Assembly (NCBI GenBank): GCA_013822425.1
Contig: PNKL01000006.1
Location: 21,675 to 85,674, forward strand
DNA from: Gemmatimonas sp.
GTDB lineage: Bacteria > Gemmatimonadota > Gemmatimonadetes > Gemmatimonadales > Gemmatimonadaceae
Length of the DNA: 64,000 bases
Direction: 5' to 3'
The notes below the pieces were generated by a model. It was not told the DNA's origin and ran no database searches. It saw nothing but the letters and a program-made list of their open reading frames with translations. Of this stretch, positions 60,630 to 64,000 are shown one piece after another. The position numbers and the translations under genes were made by a program. Within the stretch, counting starts at the first letter, position 1. Each line of letters begins with the position of its first letter.

Positions 60630-61208
60630 TCACGGCCGGCGTCCCGCTCGCGCCGCGTCGAGCTGCTCCACTTCCGCGTTGAGTTCCTTGAACGCCTCGG
60701 TCGCGCGGAGACGGGTGTACAGCTGTTCGCGGGCCTTGATCTGCTCCACGAGCTTCCGGTTGGCTTCGCCGACGGGCAGTTGCATCAGCACCCACGCCCG
60801 GTAGACGCCGCCGTCAATCTGGAACTTCTGGTCTCGGGCGTGACTGCCGACAAGCACCTGGCTGACCACGGCCTTGTATGTCTGCTCGTATTCATCCAGC
60901 AGCTGTGCGTCAGCCGCCACGCCGGTCTCCTCGACAAACCGCCGGGTCAGCGACCCGTACTTCACCTCGAGCTGGCTGGCGAGCCCGCTGCGCGCCTCCG
61001 CCTGCGCGCGATTGATGGCCACCTGCACGTCGTGCGAGGTGGCCGTTGCCGGCTGGTACAGGTGCTCCTTGTCGGCGGCCGGCGGCTTCTTGTACCAGCC
61101 CGGCATGCCGCGCAGCGTCGCCCGGGACGCCGTCGTCCCGTCCGTCGCGCTGCGTCCGCCACACGCTGCCGCCAGGCCCGCCAGTGCCACGATCACGATT
61201 ATCCGCAT
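60630..61208 (-). CDS. LPP20-family (FlgP-like) lipoprotein
   Basis: Lipobox LAAACG, then ...ATATSHDVQVAINRAQAEARSGLASQLEVKY...YKAVVSQVLVGSHARDQKF..., the LPP20 pattern, with a C-terminal coiled-coil. Confidence 0.7.
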   Translation of the reverse strand: MRIIVIVALAGLAAACGGRSATDGTTASRATLRGMPGWYKKPPAADKEHLYQPATATSHDVQVAINRAQAEARSGLASQLEVKYGSLTRRFVEETGVAADAQLLDEYEQTYKAVVSQVLVGSHARDQKFQIDGGVYRAWVLMQLPVGEANRKLVEQIKAREQLYTRLRATEAFKELNAEVEQLDAARAGRRP

Positions 61209-61238
61209 TGGTCTCCTCCAGGTTATAGCATCGGCCGC

Positions 61239-62117
61239 TCACCGAGCGCGCCGTACCTCGACGGGCACCTGTGCGACCGCCCGTTCGCTGCGTGGGATCG
61301 CCACGAGCCATGCATTGAAGTCGCCGAGCGTGAGGACGCCGGTGTCACGCGCGGTGCCCTCTCCCAGCACCGCCCCCAGCGGTACCGGGTGCCTGGTGGC
61401 GATGACCGCGAGCAGTTCCGTCCGCTGGGCAACCCCGTCGGGCAGCGATACGCGGAATCGCAGGCCGCTGCCACGGAGGGTGGCATCCGGTATCTCGCGG
61501 GCCACGAATGCGGTGGCCCGTACCTCCGGCATCAGGACGTTCGGCGCCAGCACGTAGACCGAGTCATGGACGATGCTCACAATCGTGAGGGTCGCGGCCA
61601 TCGTGCTCGTCACGCGGAGCACCACCTCGTCGTTCTCCGACGGCGCCGTGCCGCGCACCGCAAACCGGTCGGCGTTGGTTGCCAGCGTGACGGCGAACCC
61701 GGGATCCGCCGTGCCGCGCTCGCGCTGCACCAGCACGCGAAGGCTCAGGTCGTAGTAGACCTGCGTTCCGATCGCGCGCACCTTGGCCGTGCGCCATCCC
61801 TCGCGCACCACCTGCCACGCCAGAGCGCGGCCCGCGGCGTCAACGCGCACCGCCTCGACGTAGCGATCCACCACCCGGCCTGCCGAGTCCGAGCGCACGG
61901 CAACGCTGCTCCCCTGCACCGTCACGCCCGCCACCCGACGCACCGCCTCGGCCAGCGCGCCGTAGAGCGCGTCGCGCTTGGTGTCCTCGGCGGAACGCCC
62001 ACCGGCCAGCAGGGCACGCGACTCCACCTCCACCCACTCGCTCCCCTGCGCCCCGCTCGTCCTCGCCGGCGCGAGGACGAGTACGATAACGAGCAATCCG
62101 CGTCGTACGGGGCTCAT
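61239..62117 (-). CDS. Secreted two-domain protein: LPP20/FlgT-N-like module + DUF4384-like beta domain
   Basis: Signal peptide MSPVRRGLLVIVLVLAPARTSGAQG. Then EDTKRDALYGALAEAVRRVAGVTVQGSSV... Then FAVTLATNADRFAVRG...VVLRVTSTMAATLTIVSIVHDSVYVLAPN, a DUF4384-like pattern. ATGA overlap with the caspase gene stop. The track ORF extension to 62327 is rejected. Confidence 0.6.
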   Translation of the reverse strand: MSPVRRGLLVIVLVLAPARTSGAQGSEWVEVESRALLAGGRSAEDTKRDALYGALAEAVRRVAGVTVQGSSVAVRSDSAGRVVDRYVEAVRVDAAGRALAWQVVREGWRTAKVRAIGTQVYYDLSLRVLVQRERGTADPGFAVTLATNADRFAVRGTAPSENDEVVLRVTSTMAATLTIVSIVHDSVYVLAPNVLMPEVRATAFVAREIPDATLRGSGLRFRVSLPDGVAQRTELLAVIATRHPVPLGAVLGEGTARDTGVLTLGDFNAWLVAIPRSERAVAQVPVEVRRAR

Positions 62118-64000
62118 CGGAGCCGCACCACGGCCAACGCCTTGTCGCGAGCGACCACTTGCGGTGTCTGCTCGCGATCGAACCCCGCCGCGGATTGCGC
62201 CACGCGGCCACGCACGAAGCGGTCGAGCTCGCCCACGCGAATCACGCCGTCGGTGTCGGCGTCGGCGTCGCCGCGCAGCCCCTTCAGCAACCAGTAGGTG
62301 AACACGCCATGCTGCTGGGCGGGCCACGCGTTCGCGACCTGCTCGCCGGTCGCGGCACTGAATACGGCCATCGTGGCGCTGCGGAGCGCCGGGTGTTCGA
62401 GGCTCACCACCACGCCGCGGGCGCCGGCGAGGAGTGCGGCACCCTCGCGCGTGCTGCCGCTGAAGCAGGCGTCAATGAAGACCACGACGGAACGCGCCTT
62501 CAGCGCGGCCAGCCGACTGTACAGTTCGGTGAGCGCAAGCCCCGTCTGCGCCGGGTAGTCCGGGTCGGCGTCGTTGGGCAACAGATAGGCCGACTTCGTG
62601 CGGAGGTCGGTCTGGCCGTGCCCCGCCCAGTACACGACCAGATCGGTTTCCGCCGTCACGCGCCGCGAGAGCCATCCGTCATCCGCGAACAGCTTCCGCA
62701 GCTCCCCACCGGTCACTTCGTCGTCGGTCCGGAAGTAGAGCCGTGAGGGATCGTCGCCGATGCCGAAGACTCGCTGCGCGTATTCCCGGAACACGGCCGC
62801 GTCGTGACGGGCGAAGGCGGCGGCCGGCAATCGTCCGTAGCGTTCCACGCCGAGCACGACCGCCACCGCCTGCGGGCGCGCCGGTGCCGCGGCGATGCCG
62901 GTGTCGACATCAACCACCAGCGCCGCCGGCGACGCGCGCAGCGCGGTATCGCGGCCCCGCACCCGGAGCGCCGGCAACGAGGCGACCGGTTGGTCGAGCG
63001 CAAGGGGGAGCGTGAACACGGTATCGAAGCGGGGGCGAGCCTCGCGCACGTCGAGCGTGACCGGGAAGGCGGTGGCGCCGGCACCGGTGAAGGCGCTGAA
63101 GGGCACATCACGTGATTCGCCGGCTTCCAGGTCGCCGAGCACCACCGTGCGCGCCGACTCGGGCGTGAACTGCACATCGGGGCCGCCAGCGATGAACACG
63201 CGCACGCCTCGTGCGGGCCCGACGCCGTGGTTGCCGATGCGCGCGGCAACGTCGACGATTTCGCGTGGTTCGATACGCCGGTTGCCGGACTGGTCGCGTA
63301 CCCCGATGCCTTCGAGCACCAGTGCGGGAGGACGCAGCGCACGCGTACGCACCACCAGACGCGGCGCGTTCGTTGCGGGGCGGCCCGACCGGTCGCTCGC
63401 CCGCACCTGAATGGCGACGGCGCCGTCGGGAAGCCGATCCGACGTCGCCAGGTCGACGCGCAGGGTGACGCCTCGACCGGGGAGAATCGAATCAGCGTGT
63501 CCGCCACTTCCCACATCAATGCCCGGCGTCGGCCGCTCAATGGTTGCTCCTGCTGTCACCCCGTACGCAACGCCGGGACCGTCATTCCACACGGTAATGT
63601 CCAGTCCGGCGCGCGACTCGGCGTCCATGACGGCGTCTCCTTCCGCGCGCGCGCCCGCCAAAGCGACCCGCACCGCCAGTGAGGGCAGGGCGACCCGCGC
63701 AGGCCCGGTATGATCCGGCACCAGCGGCGAGCCTCCGGGTCTGCTCCGCAGGTCGCTGGGCGCGCTCGCGTTGGGCCGCTCAGGGTCCGGCCGGGTGCGC
63801 AACGCACCGCGTGGGTCCAGCCACGACAGGACGCGCCCATCCCGGCTGGAAACGCTGACGAGCGATGGGCCAAAACGCAGCACGACGGCACCGGAGGCTG
63901 GGCGGGGCTCCACCGCTGTCGGCGTCCCATGCAGACGCAGCACATCGTCGCGACTCGAGCCGGAGGTGAAGGTGCCCTCGCTCGTCGTGTCGCTGCCGGG
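62114..64000 (-). CDS. Caspase-family (peptidase C14) protein with N-terminal Ig/CARDB-like domains; the 5' end lies beyond the right edge
   Basis: Catalytic dyad contexts VVYWAGHGQ (His) and VVFIDACFSG (Cys). Two CARDB-like segments (DITVWNDGPGVAYGV and VAARIGNHGVGPARGV). C-terminal DADTDGVIRVGELDRF (a Ca-binding-like loop). The frame stays open upstream of the track start (63943) to position 64000. Confidence 0.8.
   Translation of the reverse strand, partial: PGSDTTSEGTFTSGSSRDDVLRLHGTPTAVEPRPASGAVVLRFGPSLVSVSSRDGRVLSWLDPRGALRTRPDPERPNASAPSDLRSRPGGSPLVPDHTGPARVALPSLAVRVALAGARAEGDAVMDAESRAGLDITVWNDGPGVAYGVTAGATIERPTPGIDVGSGGHADSILPGRGVTLRVDLATSDRLPDGAVAIQVRASDRSGRPATNAPRLVVRTRALRPPALVLEGIGVRDQSGNRRIEPREIVDVAARIGNHGVGPARGVRVFIAGGPDVQFTPESARTVVLGDLEAGESRDVPFSAFTGAGATAFPVTLDVREARPRFDTVFTLPLALDQPVASLPALRVRGRDTALRASPAALVVDVDTGIAAAPARPQAVAVVLGVERYGRLPAAAFARHDAAVFREYAQRVFGIGDDPSRLYFRTDDEVTGGELRKLFADDGWLSRRVTAETDLVVYWAGHGQTDLRTKSAYLLPNDADPDYPAQTGLALTELYSRLAALKARSVVVFIDACFSGSTREGAALLAGARGVVVSLEHPALRSATMAVFSAATGEQVANAWPAQQHGVFTYWLLKGLRGDADADTDGVIRVGELDRFVRGRVAQSAAGFDREQTPQVVARDKALAVVRLR

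Noticed and set aside
60780-62297. 505-aa plus-strand ORF antisense to the LPP20 and DUF4384-like genes
   Set aside because: His/Arg/Pro-rich with no motifs. The minus strand has signal peptides, a lipobox and family patterns.
1-64000. Searched for mobile elements, prophage genes, toxin-antitoxin pairs, defence systems, tRNA/rRNA genes and abrupt compositional shifts
   Set aside because: No ORF shows transposase, integrase, recombinase, nuclease-defence or phage structural motifs. No terminal inverted repeats or tRNA-like cloverleaf regions were noticed. GC content looks uniformly high, apart from short intergenic regulatory regions such as 17480-17754.

Overview
GC-rich, tightly packed bacterial chromosome segment. 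I see no rRNA, tRNA, CRISPR array, transposase, integrase or phage genes. Almost all 64 kb is one motility and chemotaxis supercluster from a diderm organism, since both the L-ring gene flgH and the P-ring gene flgI are present. The taxon cannot be assigned from the sequence alone.

Layout:
(i) 1-3.7 kb, minus strand: two unknown ORFs, flgM, a cheY-like gene, a small ORF, an Ig-like lipoprotein and a degenerate EAL/HDOD protein that runs off the left edge.
(ii) 3.8-14.1 kb, plus strand: flgL, fliW, a 1028-aa TPR/GT9-like/GT4 glycosyltransferase, an FkbM methyltransferase, fliC, fliD, fliS and an unknown ORF.
(iii) 14.1-17.5 kb: a GT4 glycosyltransferase (minus strand), an NtrC-type sigma54 activator and a SAM methyltransferase.
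(iv) 17.7-45.7 kb: a ~28-kb co-directional run of flgB-flgC-unknown-fliE-fliF-fliG-fliH-fliI-fliJ-motE-like-fliK-flgD-flgE | fliL-fliM-fliN-fliO/P-fliQ-fliR-flhB-flhA-flhF-flhG-fliA-unknown-flgF-flgG-flgA-flgH-flgI-flgJ-flgN-flgK-csrA.
(v) An HK-like ORF (minus strand), then motA-motB.
(vi) A minus-strand operon: EAL/HDOD, REC, REC-REC-CheX.
(vii) cheA-cheW-mcp-pilZ-cheY-cheB-cheR-cheX, with a convergent cheZ-like gene.
(viii) A minus-strand envelope module of caspase (C14), a DUF4384-like protein and an LPP20 lipoprotein, running off the right edge.

Regulatory layer readable by eye: three sigma54 -24/-12 elements (flgL, flgB, fliL), four sigma28-type promoters (flgM, fliC, motA, cheZ-like), and GC-rich hairpins after fliC, flgE and the methyltransferase gene.

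Most unusual items:
- The FliK hook-length ruler carries an internal M15/VanY-type zinc peptidase domain, while FlgJ is rod-binding only.
- A three-module TPR/GT9/GT4 enzyme plus an FkbM methyltransferase sit directly upstream of the single flagellin gene.
- The fliC leader has a two-site CsrA architecture, and fliW and csrA are 40 kb apart.
- fliO and fliP form one reading frame.
- An unknown ORF is inserted between flgC and fliE.
- FlhG has a Lys->Thr change in its P-loop.
- A canonical PilZ gene sits inside the che operon.
- Three CheY-P phosphatase-type genes are present.
- The caspase/DUF4384/LPP20 module.

All family assignments come from reading motifs in the translations. No database search was run.
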